Source of the DNA: Octopus sinensis
Lineage: Eukaryota
Assembly: GCF_006345805.1 (NCBI RefSeq)
Contig: NC_042999.1
Span: forward strand, 152,644,001-152,708,000
Direction: 5' to 3'
Length of the DNA stretch: 64,000 bases
Part shown: piece after piece, positions 12,950 through 25,905 of the stretch
How the letters are laid out: every line of letters begins with the position of its first letter
Position numbering within the stretch: the first letter of the stretch is position 1
Translations under genes and position numbers: made by a program
The notes under the pieces: model-generated
The model's input: only the letters and a program-made list of their open reading frames with translations
The model's database searches: none
What the model was told of the DNA's origin: nothing

Positions 12950-13909
12950 GTGACATCTCTCTTATAGCGGCTAACAAGTCGTGTTTACATACGTGTGTAC
13001 ATAATTACATAATACATACATATGTGTGTATATTATATATATATGTATATACTTGAAACGTTGAGCACACATTTGTACGCCAGGTGCTATACATATATAT
13101 ATATAATTATACATATACATATGATCATTCATACAAATACCTATATGAGCCTATGATATGTGTGGAGTGTGTGTGTATATATTAATAGGTATATATATAT
13201 ATATATATATATAATATTATATATATATATATATATATATGTACATATGTATGTCTATGCATGTGTATATCACGCTATACATACATAAATGTATATATTT
13301 GTATGTTTTGATGAGTGTGTGTGTATATACATACATATATATATATATATGCGTGGGTGGGTGTATATATATATATGGATGAACGGAGGGAGGGATAGAG
13401 GAAGGAAGGGATAGAGCGAGGGACGTAATATATGACTTTCTTAATCTAAAGCAACAAGTGAAAGGACTATTCTTTAAGGGTGTCGTAATAAAATTTTACC
13501 TTCAATTTATTTTTTTGAGCTGAAAAGCTTGCCCAAGGTTAATAAAGCCCACTGGTCTGATGAACTAACAAGCATATAAGTGAATAGAAAGAACCAGTGA
13601 ATGAATTAACGACTGAGTGAATGAAGGATTAAATAAATATTCAAGTGATTAGAATGTTATGTACTTTCACTTTCGGTCACGTGGCATTCTTCCGACGTTA
13701 GGTTCGGCATTCAAAACCCACCGAGGTCCACCAAGCGTTTCATTTTTGCAAGGTCGATAAAACAACGTACTAGTAAAGTGCCGGAGAGAGTGATTACCGA
13801 TATATTGTCCGTCCCATTGCTGGCCTCGTGCCAAAATTCGAAATCATTATTATTCTTTCGTCCGCCATTAATTTATAATCAACGAGACAACTTCGTTTCC
13901 TTTTTATCT

Positions 13910-14450
13910 TACGTCCGTCTGTCTCACTTTCTCCCTCTCTCTCTCATTCTCTCACATCTATGTCACTTTCGCTTTCTCTCTCTCATCTTATATCTCTGTC
14001 TGTTTCTCATTTTCTTTTACTATCTATGTCTCTTTCTCTCTCTCTCATCTTATCTCTCTATCTATCTGTCCGTCTATCTGTCTGTCTGTCTGTCTTTCAC
14101 TCTCTCTCTTACTATCTATGTCACTTTCTCTCTCTCTCATCTTATCTCTCTGTCTGTCTCTCCGTCCATCTGTCTGTGTGTCAGTCTGTCTCTCACTCTC
14201 TCTTACTATATATGTCACTTTCTCTCTCTCTCATCTTATCTTTCTGTCTGTCTGTCCATCTATGTGTCTGCCTGTCTCTCTGTCTGTCTATCTCTCTCTC
14301 TCTCTTACTATATATGTCGCTTTCTCTCTCATATGCCTCTCTCATCTGTCTGTCTCTCTCTCATCTGCCTCTCGCATCTGTATGTCTCTCTCTCATCTGC
14401 CTCTCTCATCTGTCTCTCTCTCATCTGTCTGTCTCTTACTAACTATGTCA

Positions 14451-14491
<41 letters not shown>

Positions 14492-14522
14492 TCTCATCTT
14501 ATCTCACTGTCTGGCCATCTGT

Positions 14523-14561
<39 letters not shown>

Positions 14562-14660
14562 TACTATCTATGTCACTTTCTCTCTCTCTCACTCACATCT
14601 TATCTCTTTCTCTCCTCTCTCTCTCCTCTCTCTTCTCTCTCTCTCTTACACTATTCTCTT
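13910..14660. repeat. Pyrimidine-rich degenerate minisatellite (about 7 units)
   Basis: A recurrent CTTACTATCTATGTCACTTTCTCTC anchor separated by variable (TC)n/(TCTG)n. Confidence 0.8.
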
Positions 14661-15447
14661 CTCTGCCGTTTTTCATCACTTTCTCTATCTTTTCCACCCA
14701 TAATTCTTTGTTCTACTAGTGATATATGAAATATTCTTTGAAGCGACTCAACACAAGCATATTCCGCTAAATTTCTGACTGACCATGCTGCAGCAAACAT
14801 ATTTAACAACTGCCTGAATATACGGCCTGATTCATGAAATTAACTTATAAAATGACCTCCTCAAAAGATACAGTAAAACTTTAATTCTATCATTAGTTTT
14901 GTACTCCCACCGAAAACACATTCCTGTTATTATATAATTCATTCAAATTGTGCTCGCATTGTTTTCTTTCATCAGAATTATAAATAAATAACAATAGGTA
15001 TTTCATTATGTAATCAATATTATATAAACGATATAATATATTCATTGCTCTCTCCCGTGTTTACCAGTTTATTATATAACTTGTCACCCATACGTTTCGA
15101 AACAGCTGTAAAGTGTGGAATAAATTTGACACAAGTGACTCTCTTCTTCACTAATCTCGGAGGGACATCCATCCATCCATCTATCCATCCATTCATCCAT
15201 TCATCCATTCATCCATCCATCCATCCATACACACATAATACAGACATACGTACATAGGTACAAACACATACGAATATGCTAATTTTAATAAATGCAGACA
15301 ACTGCCAAACACCATCAAATCAAATGATCTGAAGAGAAGTTAATACAGGTTCATGCCCAAACACGCCCGCGTGCACATGTATTTCATATCTATCTATTTA
15401 TCTATCTATCCCTCTATCTCTCTCTATATATGGGGAGAGGGACAGAC

Positions 15448-15516
<69 letters not shown>

Positions 15517-15519
15517 ATA

Positions 15520-15612
15520 GTTAATCCAAACAGAAACACAGAAAAAAACAGCAACGCGAGGACGTGGAACAATTAAAGTATTATTTGACGCTCAGGAAAG
15601 AAGGGAAGGAAT
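15520..15612 (-). mobile_element. Fragment of the Penelope-like terminal repeat also seen at 30780-30960
   Basis: CAACGCGAGGACGTGG...GACGCTCAGGAAAG resembles CAACACGAGGATGCGG...GACGTTCAGGAAAG at 30801-30848. Confidence 0.5.
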
Positions 15613-16026
15613 ATATATATATATATATATGCATGTATGTATGTATAGAATGTTAGAAGTAGTGTACAGATATTGAATATTGAGAAAAGAGGAGGTCGCA
15701 AGAATTTGGGAAAAAGAATTTTAAAATTTAATTTATTATTAGATTATTAACACTTTCGTTCGTTTTTCGAAAGTGCCAAATAGTTTGTTTATTTAAAAAA
15801 TTTTATTTGACAATTTCGAAATAACGAACGAAATCTTTAGTAAGGATTAAATAAAAAAAATTATTTTTCCAAAATTCTGGCGACATCCACTTTTCTCAAT
15901 ATATATATATATGTGTGTGGGCAGAGAGAGAGATAGAGAGAGAGAGAGGAGAGAGAGAGAGAGTGGAGGGAGTGTGGGATAGATTAAAATATATGGAGAT
16001 AGATAAATAGCTATATGGATAGTTGA

Positions 16027-16061
<35 letters not shown>

Positions 16062-16844
16062 TTGTGGGAATTCTTGATAGTTCAGAAGTCTTAGCAAATA
16101 TTCTAAAACCATCACAGCCACGACTAACTTTTCCCTTGCCACTCATTACCTCACAAACGTTAGCCTTCCAACGTGACGTCGTGCTTTACACGATACACAC
16201 ATTTACCTTAATAACAAAAAAATGATATACACTAAACAATCTATCTTCGCTACTCAAAAATCTCTAATTGACCTTCAAGCAGAAAACAACACTTAACCCT
16301 CAAAAAATATATTCCGCTACACTCTAAATTCCATCTTACATAATAGCTTTTTCCCCTTATTCACATTCCTCTAAATAGCCAAAATACCATTCTCTGATAA
16401 ACACAGGCTGAAGAAAAAAAAAACAAATCCATCTAGATGATTTCTTGTCCGACCAAAAATCTCTCTTCTTCCAAGTAACCGATCCTCCAAATATTGTATA
16501 AAAAGACATACATATATAAAATATACAAAGACCAAATGTATTAACTGATAAAAAATATAACAATGAAAATAGAAATAGCCCTCTTCCAAAGAAACCTACT
16601 TTCCCTGTAGCATTCCCACCCCCAGACACCTTCTAGGGAAATCCTCCACCTCTGAATACAATATCGATTTGTTAATCATTCATTGATCTGGAGGTTTGCA
16701 GTCCGGCAAAAGACCATTAGTTGCTGCGAAGCATTAACTGTTTCAAACCTCATAATAAATCTTTATTCTACAAATCTATCGACTTCTCTTCCTTCTTATA
16801 AGTAGTAACACTTAATACATCCCCTATTCTCTCTCTCTCGCTCC

Positions 16845-17000
16845 ATATATATGGATGTGTGGCAAGAAGTTTGCCACAGGATTCCGGTTTAGTCTCACCG
16901 CATGGTACCTTGGGCAAGTGTATTCTGCTATAGCCTCGGGCCAACCAAAGCCTTGTGAATGGATTTGGTAGACGGAAACTGAAAGAAATCCGTCGTTTAT
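16845..17000 (+). mobile_element. SINE family A head (internally deleted)
   Basis: CCTTGGGCAAGTGTATTCTGCTATAGCCTCGGGCC...GACGGAAACTGAAAGAA. Confidence 0.8.
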
Positions 17001-17322
17001 ATATATATATATATATTATGGCTGCCCCCTCGTTATCGAGTATGGCCAATGCACGAAGCTTAATTGTTACTGGTGCTGTGATCGAATGTGACTTTTTAGC
17101 CCAGCTAAAGATCTACAATGTCTTGTATATTATTTGCGGATTACCTGTGGACCCGGGTTACCTAAGTGGCGAAATTGTGTTGCCGTGCTGGAACTGTCTT
17201 CCTTCGTTCTTTTCTCTGCTCTGTCTTTGTTCTTTCTTTGTGTTTTGTGGACCTTTATTTGAATATTTTGAACATTTTTTTAAACATATTCCTGTGATTT
17301 CTTTTGAAAAGCATGGCAAAAA

Positions 17323-18500
17323 ATAAAAACAATATCTTGGAGTGGGAAATTGTTCCCCCACAAGCAGTGGGTAAAGGAGCTTAATAATAGAACGGTGGTG
17401 TTGAGGACATATTCCAAGTCCCTCGACACCATCACTTTGTTCTTTCAAGTAGATATTGAGAAGGAGTTGACAGAATACCTGCCAACCATCAAGTTTATTG
17501 CAAGGGGTGTCAAATATGCAACAGTGTGGTTGCTTTTTGCGAGCCAGCCCCTGGAAGGGGAGAAAATTATGTTTCTGCCCACATCTCGTGGGAGGAAATT
17601 GAAAAGAACTAGGGTGGGTAGGCTGCCACCCGGAATAGAGCCCGAGTGGATAGAGGACACTATCCGCCGGGGTCTAGGTGGAAGCGGAGCCAAGCTCTTC
17701 AATGTTAAAAGGATGCTTGTGGCTGATTGGGTGGGGTCAAAAGCAGTTTTGACCCTGTGGACCCAATCAGCCGATGATCTGGTGTTCCCAGACTTTTTTG
17801 AAGATGGTGATTCTTGAAGGACGCGCTCACCACCTCCAAGTATCATCAGTGCCTGGAGCCTGGCCACACTAAGAAGAACTGTCCCAAGGACCAGAACAGG
17901 TTTCTGGAGCAGTTAGTTATAGAAGAACCCCTCTCCTCCTCCTCCGGAAGGAGAGATGGAGGAGGAGAGAGTGACCTCCCCCGAAAAAAGGGAAGAAAAA
18001 GAAAGAAGGGGAGCAACAATGGTTGCTCTCCGTGGGATCCCGGGGTTGAGGGAGAAGTATGGTTCCTACGGTTATGGCGAAGGAGCTAACCCTTCCCGCA
18101 CCAAGGATAAGAAAGCGGTTGTTCCACTCGCAGAGGAAGAGACACCGTTGTCAGGAATTGTGCCGTCAACGGTAGAATTGACTACCTCGACCCCGGAGGA
18201 AGACAAATTATTGATATTCTCCTACAGCGGTAGAGAGGTGAAAAAGGTGGTGGAAGAACACCACAAGGGAGTACCTTTGGCTTTCACACGGGAGCCCGGA
18301 TAGCTTCCGCAGATAGCTGTGGAGGTCATAACGTTGCCCATGATACGTAGGCTAAAGGGACCCAAAAAGGAATATCACTTGTGGCCTCGCGACGCTGACT
18401 CGGTGCCCGCCTTGGTTTTGAACGAGGCGTGGGTAATGTCGGAGTATACAGACACAAGCCATGTTGGGGAGTAAAATAGACAAGAGGTTGAAAAGTCTCA
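17323..18500 (+). pseudogene. LINE ORF1 (gag-like, probably L1/Tx1 type), frameshifted
   Basis: ATG at 17323 and an ORF at 17350-17817, then KYHQCLEPGHTKKNCP (17838-17885), a CX2CX4HX4C knuckle with the first Cys mutated TGT>TAT, followed by a basic S/G-rich region. Confidence 0.65.
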
Positions 18501-18502
18501 GT

Positions 18503-19391
18503 ATTATAATGTTTAAACGCCTGATTTTATAAATGGACAATTCAGTCCAATAATTGTAAAAACGGAAGTAAGAGGTTCAATACCTTGGTCTGTTTTTTGT
18601 GTTAAAAATAATAATGTTTTAATTTGTAAATGGACTATAAAGTCCAATAGTTGTAAAAACGGAAGTAAGAGGTTCAATACCTCGGTCTGTTTTCTGTGTA
18701 AAAAATAATAATGTTTCAATTTGTAAATGGACTATTAAGTCCAATAATTGTAAAAACGGAAGTAAGAGGTTCAATACCTCGGTCTGTTTTTTGTGTTAAA
18801 AATAATAATGTTTCCATTTGTAAATGGACTATTAAGTCCAATAGTTGTAAAAACGGAAGTAAGAGGTTCAATACCTCGGTCTGTTTTCTGTGTAAAAAAT
18901 AATAATGTTTCAATTTGTAAATGGACTATTAAGTCCGATAATTGTAAAAACGGAAGTAAGAGGTTCAATACCTCGGTCTGTTTTTTGTGTTAAAAATAAT
19001 AATGTTTCAATTTGTAAATGGACTATTAAGTCCAAAAATTTTAAAAACGGAAGTAAGAGGTTCAATACCTCGGTCTGTTTTTGTGTTAAAAATAATAATG
19101 TTTCCATTTGTAAATGGACTATTAAGTCCGATAATTGTAAAAACGGAAGTAAGAGGTTCAATACCTCGGTCTGTTTTTGTGTTAAAAATAATAATGTTTC
19201 CATTTGTAAATGGACTATTAAGTCCAAAAATTTTAAAAACGGAAGTAAGAGGTTCAATACCTCGGTTTGTTTTTTGTGTAAAAAATAATAATGTTTTAAA
19301 TTGTAAATGGACTATTAAGTCCAATAATTGTAAAAACGGAAGTAAGAGGTTCAATACCTCGGTCTGTTTTTTGTGTAAAAAACAATGTTTT
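18503..19391. repeat. 97-bp tandem repeat, about 9 copies, with dimeric higher-order structure
   Basis: AAATGGAC recurs at 18531, 18628, 18725, 18822, 18919, 19016, 19112, 19208 and 19305. Confidence 0.97.
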
Positions 19392-19529
19392 AGAGAAGCA
19401 AAAAATCAGCGGGCGTTTTTTGTCTTCTCCCATTAATATCATTTTATTTCATCATTCATCTCATCAATATTTCTGTCCAGCCCGCAAGCTATTCTGTATC
19501 ATGCCTTTATGGCAAAATGTTTTGAAATA

Positions 19530-19639
19530 GAGTAGCTTGCTTACGAACCATATGGTTCCGGGTTCAGTCCCACTGCGTGTCATCTACTATAGCCTCGGGC
19601 CGACTAAAGCCTTGTGAGCGGAAATTGAAAGAAGCCCGT

Positions 19640-19681
<42 letters not shown>

Positions 19682-19885
19682 CGTGTGTGTCTGTGTTTGT
19701 CCCCCCAACATCACTTGACAACCGATGCTGGTGTGTTTACGTTCCCGTAACTTAGCAGTTCGTCAAAAGAGACCGATAGAATAAGTACTAGACTTACAAA
19801 GAATAAGTCCTGGGGTCGATTTGCTCGATTAAAGGCGGTGCTCCAGCATGGCCACAGTCACATGACTGAAACAAGTAAAAGGCTA
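19530..19885 (+). mobile_element. SINE family A, 5'-truncated
   Basis: GGTTCCGGGTTCAGTCCCACTGCG through GACTGAAACAAGTAAAAG. Confidence 0.85.
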
Positions 19886-21056
19886 AAATAATATATATAT
19901 AGGTATGTTGATGCATACAGGAAAAATAGAACTCAAAATATTTTTATAAATATTTAGCAGAAGTAACAGAGTGACTCAAGGTCCGAGAGTTCTGCGTGTT
20001 GGTACTTAGTCTGGTAAATGCCAACGCACGAAGACCTTTCCTGTTACTCAAAGATTCATAAAAGTTAATTTGTTTTTTGTCTTTGTTGCTGCTGTCGTTG
20101 TTGTTGTTGTTGTTGTCCTTTTGGGGACTCTATGTCATCGTTACTAATAGCAAGAACAACGACGTCAAAATCAACGATTACGACCATAACTGAAATATGA
20201 TCGGACACTAACTGATATCAAAATGATTGTTTCTACACTAAACACTGTCTCCGCCACCACCAACACAACAGCAACGATGACGACTGTCCCACCACCACCA
20301 CAACCACTACAGGCAACACCACCACCAACAACAACAGCAACGAAATTTCGAAATTCAAGGTATCCTTTACGTGATCGCTTCGAAGCTGAAGAAATACCAA
20401 CTAAACCTGCATCAAATCAAACTCGAGCGTTTTTTAAGAACAGAAACACGCCAAATGATGCTATCGAGGTACATATTTGCTTGAAATAAGACAGTAAGGT
20501 CGTGGTTGGAATGCACTTGTTCATAGATCAGGTCGGGAAGAAACAACAACAGCAAAAAATAAGAAGAAAAATATTACATGTAGAACGCTAAATGTTGATT
20601 TATGCGAAATCTGCCGCAGAAAGTAGCTAATGCTTGTCATAGGAGTGATACAATTGTTTTACCATCATCGTGCTGTATTTTCTTTAGCTTCAGTTTCCTG
20701 ATTTCTTTATTAATGTTATTATGAGCAGTAGTATTAATATTAGATTTAGCCTTCGTAGTGTTGTTACTGTTGTTGTTGATATTTTTGTGTCTGTTGATAC
20801 TGTTTATATTTTTCTAGTGATCTTTGTTCTTTTACAATCAAGAGAATCGAACAAGAAAATATATATAAAGAACACACCAGTAAAAATATAAATAATAATG
20901 CGAAATTTCAGTTATCATTTTGAACAGCGGTTATTGATCACTTGGGTGTAATAACTGCCATACAGAGCTATGTGATAAACAGTAGAAATGTGAGCATATG
21001 GATGCATATATGTGTGCGTTTGTTTGGGTGAGTGTGTATGCGTATATGTATGTATG

Positions 21057-21115
<59 letters not shown>

Positions 21116-21123
21116 ATATATAT

Positions 21124-21158
<35 letters not shown>

Positions 21159-21413
21159 GTACACATACATATTTCTGTCTTTTCGTATGTACACATGTAT
21201 GAATGAATGACTATATATATGCACGCATGCCTGTACATAGATACTACATACATACATCATACATACATACATACATCACACATACATATCTATCTATCTA
21301 TATCTCCCTCTCTATATATATATTTATATATATACACACATACATACATATATATATTTACATTTATACATATATACATTTTTTGTGTATGTGTGTGTAT
21401 GTGTATACATATA

Positions 21414-21491
<78 letters not shown>

Positions 21492-21527
21492 CAGTCAATC
21501 ATTCAGCCGGACAGGCAAACCAGACAG

Positions 21528-21594
<67 letters not shown>

Positions 21595-21876
21595 CAGATA
21601 TCAGAATGATAAGAAGAAGAAGCAGAAGAAGAAGAAGAAGAAGAAGAAGAAGAAGAAGAAGAAGAAGAAGAAGAAGAAGAAGAAGAAGAAGAAGGCACAG
21701 GCACAGATAGAGCTACGGAGAGATAGAGGTAGATAGGGAGAGGAACACGAAGAACAGAGGGAGAGACCGAAGGAAAAAGCAAAAGAATGATAGTAATAGA
21801 AAGTGGAGACTATCTGCAACAAATGTCAGAAATAAAGGAATATTAAAGCTGATATTATTATTATTATTATTATTAA

Positions 21877-21910
<34 letters not shown>

Positions 21911-22711
21911 ATTATTATTATCATTATTATTATTATATCGACAGAGTCAGACCGCGATGTTAAAACGTATATCACATAGAGAGCATATAAGGAAAAATAT
22001 CTAATTATTATTATATATAGATGATACTTTTATTATTACAGCAGTTGTTGTTGCTGCTGTTGTTGTTGTTGCGGTTATTGTGTTTCGGTTTGTTGTTGTT
22101 TTCTCTTGTGTGTTGTACATTTGTTGAATCGATTGTGTTTGTGACAAGGAATGATTTCGTTCTTTCGCAAATAACTCAGCATGTCAATGCATTTGTTTGA
22201 TTAAAAATAACAGGAATCCCAAAGGAAGTGTCTGCTGTTGTTGCCTTCTTATTATTTTATTTTTTTACATATTCTTCAATTTTTTTTATTTTTCATTATT
22301 TTTCATCATTCATTATTATTATTATTATTATTATTATTTTCATTATTATTATTATTTTCACATTATGATTTTCAGTTCTTGCGCGAATAAGAACACTATT
22401 AGCTTATTTCTGGTTTTGTGCGTCAGTGTAAAAATGAGATTGCGAGGTGTGTGCTTGGGTGCGAGTGTCTGTGTGAATGTGTGTGTGTGTGTATTATAGG
22501 GTGTGTGTAATATAGGTATTGATAGTGTGTTAGAATGAGAGTCTGAAAGTGTGAAAGAATAAGAGAGGGAATATGTATTTCAGCGTATGAATATATTCGT
22601 TTATTTTTTTTCCCTCGTGAATGTTTCACACACACTAACACACATACACACACTTACATATTCTACATGCATATATAGGATAGATATGGATGTTTGTAAC
22701 ATGCATATATA

Positions 22712-22766
<55 letters not shown>

Positions 22767-22941
22767 GTATCTATATGTATTAAAGATATATAAATATAAA
22801 TATATATATGTATATATATGTATAAATATATAATATATAAATATAATAGTATCTATATATATATAATATATATATTATATATATTATTAGACATATAGTA
22901 CATATTATATACATATATATATTATATATAATATATATATG

Positions 22942-22986
<45 letters not shown>

Positions 22987-23407
22987 TATATGCATGAATT
23001 TGTCAGATGCTTATATATGCCAGTATATGTATCTGTGGTGTGTGTGAAAATATATTTCTATTTATATTCTTCCATGCATACATGTTACACACATACATAT
23101 GTGTGTATGGTGTGTGTGTGCGTGGTATGATATGTATGTGCTTGTGTGTGAATTTGATAATGGTACTGTAAATGAAAAACATTACTGGTATATATATATA
23201 GATATATATATATATATATATATGCATATATGTATGTGTATATATATTATGTATATATGTATATATATATGTGTGTTTGTCGGGTGTGTACATCCTTCAG
23301 TGTGTAGGTCTGTCTATGTATACCAATACATGAACATATATATATATTAAAGTAATCTCGACGCGATCTAAAAGAACGTTATTGAACACCCACGCCTGCG
23401 TGCGCGC

Positions 23408-23442
<35 letters not shown>

Positions 23443-23624
23443 CACAACAAACACACACACACACATACACATGCAATCACTCACACTTAACATAAGATGT
23501 TTGCTGTTTGTTCGTCGCTAATCCAAATGGACGTGACATTAAATGTACTTGCGTTGAATATTTGTGATCGCAAGACTAAAAGTACGAAGCCAGGTAATAA
23601 TCGCCAAAGGGCCACCTCCAAGGA

Positions 23625-24010
23625 AATACAAATAGTGAGTGGTGTCCTGCTGTGTCTTGGGGCCACCACTGTTCGTAATGGCCCTCTCAGATATGCCCCT
23701 CGGCCACGCAGAGAGAAAGAGAGAGAAAAAAGTGAGAGAGAGACGTATAAGCTCTGTTGACGACACAAAAGTCTCAGAAATGATAGAAAGCCTTGGAGAT
23801 GCTATGCACCTACATCAAGAGTTAGAAACAGACAGGACGAAAGTGATTGCAGTTCCAAACTCACAATCAGGGCTCTGAGCATTGGCATGAGTAATGATGC
23901 CTCTTTCCATGTGCATATTACGAAGTTGGCAGTGAGCATGTATGCGGTGCCCCGATGGATTCTTAGAACATTCAGAATCAGAGAATAGAAAACCATGATA
24001 GTCCTGTTCC
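23625..24010 (+). pseudogene. CR1-clade LINE reverse transcriptase fragment
   Basis: SGV/VLGPPLFVMALSDMP...SSVDDTKVS (GVPQGxVLGPLLF and YADD remnants), then LSIGMSNDASFHVHITKLA...WILRTFR. It contains frameshifts and an inserted (GA)n. Confidence 0.75.
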
Positions 24011-24139
24011 CAAAGCTTCTCGAGTTACCGCCCCCACTCCCTTGACAGTCGGTCTACGTCCCTAGCGCTCCACTCCGACTCAGCGTCACAAATGTAGACC
24101 ACTTTCTGCTGCAAATTCAAAACAACAGTATTTCACAAA

Positions 24140-24275
24140 CAAAACTTAACCTAAATAACCCATTTTTTTGAGGGACACCTTATTATTGCCCCACTTTTTT
24201 TCAACACTCCTCTTGATCTTTCCGCCGCCCACAGAGGTAGAAGTACTGCCCAATTTGGGAACCACTGCTCTAGAG
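24140..24275 (-). mobile_element. hAT-Charlie-type transposon terminus with 8-bp target site
   Basis: The minus strand begins CAGTGGTTCCCAAA (24254-24267), directly flanked by CTCTAGAG, matching the NTCTAGAN target consensus of Charlie elements. The other end was not found. Confidence 0.6.
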
Positions 24276-24330
24276 GACAGTTGTCCTAAGCCGTTTGAAT
24301 TACGGCTCCCACTATGGCTACCACTTAGAG

Positions 24331-24590
24331 TACAGGGTGTCCTGAATGTCTTGTAACCCTCTACCAAAAAGTAATTAGAACAATAGAGGGACAATATAAT
24401 AATATGAAACACATGTACTGGTTTTAGTATATTCATTTTCATTGACACTGACACTGTCACACGTCCAGAAGGTCTGTGTGAACACTTACAGCTTCGTAAA
24501 ATATTACACAGAACATGGTGCTGCATCATTTTGTGCCATGAAAATGATACAATTGATTGTTCAAATCGAAGCAATTCAACGAAACTATTG
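24331..24590 (-). mobile_element. Probable Tc1/mariner end
   Basis: TA-CAGGGTGTCC at 24331 is a typical mariner TIR start with a TA target. The minus-strand ORF MMQHHVLCNILRSCKC weakly resembles a transposase C-terminus. Confidence 0.4.
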
Positions 24591-24682
24591 AAAGGAACAG
24601 TTTAGCGATTAGGAAACGAGGGAAAAGAGTCCTCTCCTTGGAACGAAGGCGGGAAAGATATGTCGTAATATATATCTGGGAG

Positions 24683-25545
24683 AAGGTGGCGAGCTGGCAG
24701 AAACGTTAGCACGCCGGGCGACATGCGTAGCCGTATTTCGTCTGTCGTTACGTTCTGAGCTCAAATTCCGCCGAGGTCGACTTTGCCTTTCATCCTTTCG
24801 GGGTTGATAAATTAAGTACTAGTTATGCACTGGGGTCGATGTAATCGTCTTAATCCGTTTGTCTGTCCTTGTTTGTCCCCTCTATGTTTAGCCCCCTGTG
24901 GGAAATAAAGAAATAAGAAACGTTACAACGCCGGGCGAAATGTTTAGCGGTATTTCGTCTGCTGCTACGTTCTGAGTTCAAATTCCGCCGAGGTCGACTT
25001 TGCCTTTCATCCTTTCGGGATCGATAAATTAAGTGCCAGTTGTGTACTGGGGTCGATCTAATCGACTGGTCCCCCCAAAAGAAATTTCGAGCGTTGTGCC
25101 TAGAGTAGAAAGAAAAGAATATACACATGAAAGGTAAGGCAATGTGCTGGCTAAATAGTTAAGACGCCGAGCAAGATGTTTAACCGCATTTCGTCAGTTT
25201 CGGCGTTCTGAGTTCAAATTCCGCCGAGGTCGACTTTGCTTTTCATCTTTTCGGGGTCGATAAATTAAGTACCAGTTGCGTACTGGGGTCGATGTAATCA
25301 ACTTATCCCTTCCCCTGAACTTGCTGGCCTTTAGCCAAAATTTGAAACCAGTATTTGAATATATTGTCAGGTGACGAGTTGGCAGAATCGTTAGCATGCC
25401 GGACGAAATGCTTAGCGACGTTTCGTCCGTCTTCACGTTCTGAGTTCAAATTCCGACGAAGTCGACTTTGCCTTTCATCCTTTCAGGTCGATAAAGGAAA
25501 ACTACCTTTTGAGTACCGGGGTCGATATGATTTGCTGATCTAGTA
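24683..25545 (+). mobile_element. Cluster of four SINE family B cores
   Basis: AAATTCCGCCGAGGTCGACTTTGC occurs at about 24763, 24980, 25217 and 25447 (variant), with three different tail types. Confidence 0.9.
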
Positions 25546-25564
25546 CCAAAATTTCAAACTAATA

Positions 25565-25905
25565 TATATTTGGAAGTTTTTTTGAAAAATGTGTCCCAAC
25601 TTTCTCTATGCAATTCATGAAGACACCAGAACAGGGACCATTCCATAATAGAATCCTTGCATAAATGCTACGTTTACCATCAAAATGTAGGACCTGATTC
25701 TGCAATAAAATAAGATTCAAAGGCCCACTGCTATTCTATAATCTCTCGAAAGACTAGAGAAACTTACATGGGGCGGATTTAAATGTTTTCAGAACAGAAC
25801 TTGATCTCCTACAGTCAGGAGCTCCGGATAAGCCAAGTTCACCGCAGGAAATGCAAACGAGGGCAGCAGCATCAAACTCCCTAATTCACTGAATGCTAAC
25901 TTCTA
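25565..25905 (+). pseudogene. CR1-clade LINE ORF2 C-terminus / 3' end
   Basis: RFKGPLLFYNLSKD*RNLHGADLNVFRTELDLLQSGAPDKP...RAAASNSLIH matches the GPxLFNxLP...FKxxLD...PDxP...SNSL pattern of CR1 ends. Confidence 0.7.

Noticed and set aside
17120-17200. Possible HDV-like ribozyme in the LINE leader (GGACCCGGGTTACC...GGCGAAA)
   Set aside because: I could not assemble the P1/P1.1/P2/P3 nested pseudoknot by eye.
18503-19391. CRISPR-like appearance of the palindromic array
   Set aside because: There are no unique spacers (whole units are near-identical), no cas genes, and the context is eukaryotic.
20223-20489. 88-aa T/P-rich ORF
   Set aside because: Half of it derives from decayed (ACC)/(AAC) repeats and there is no homology signal.
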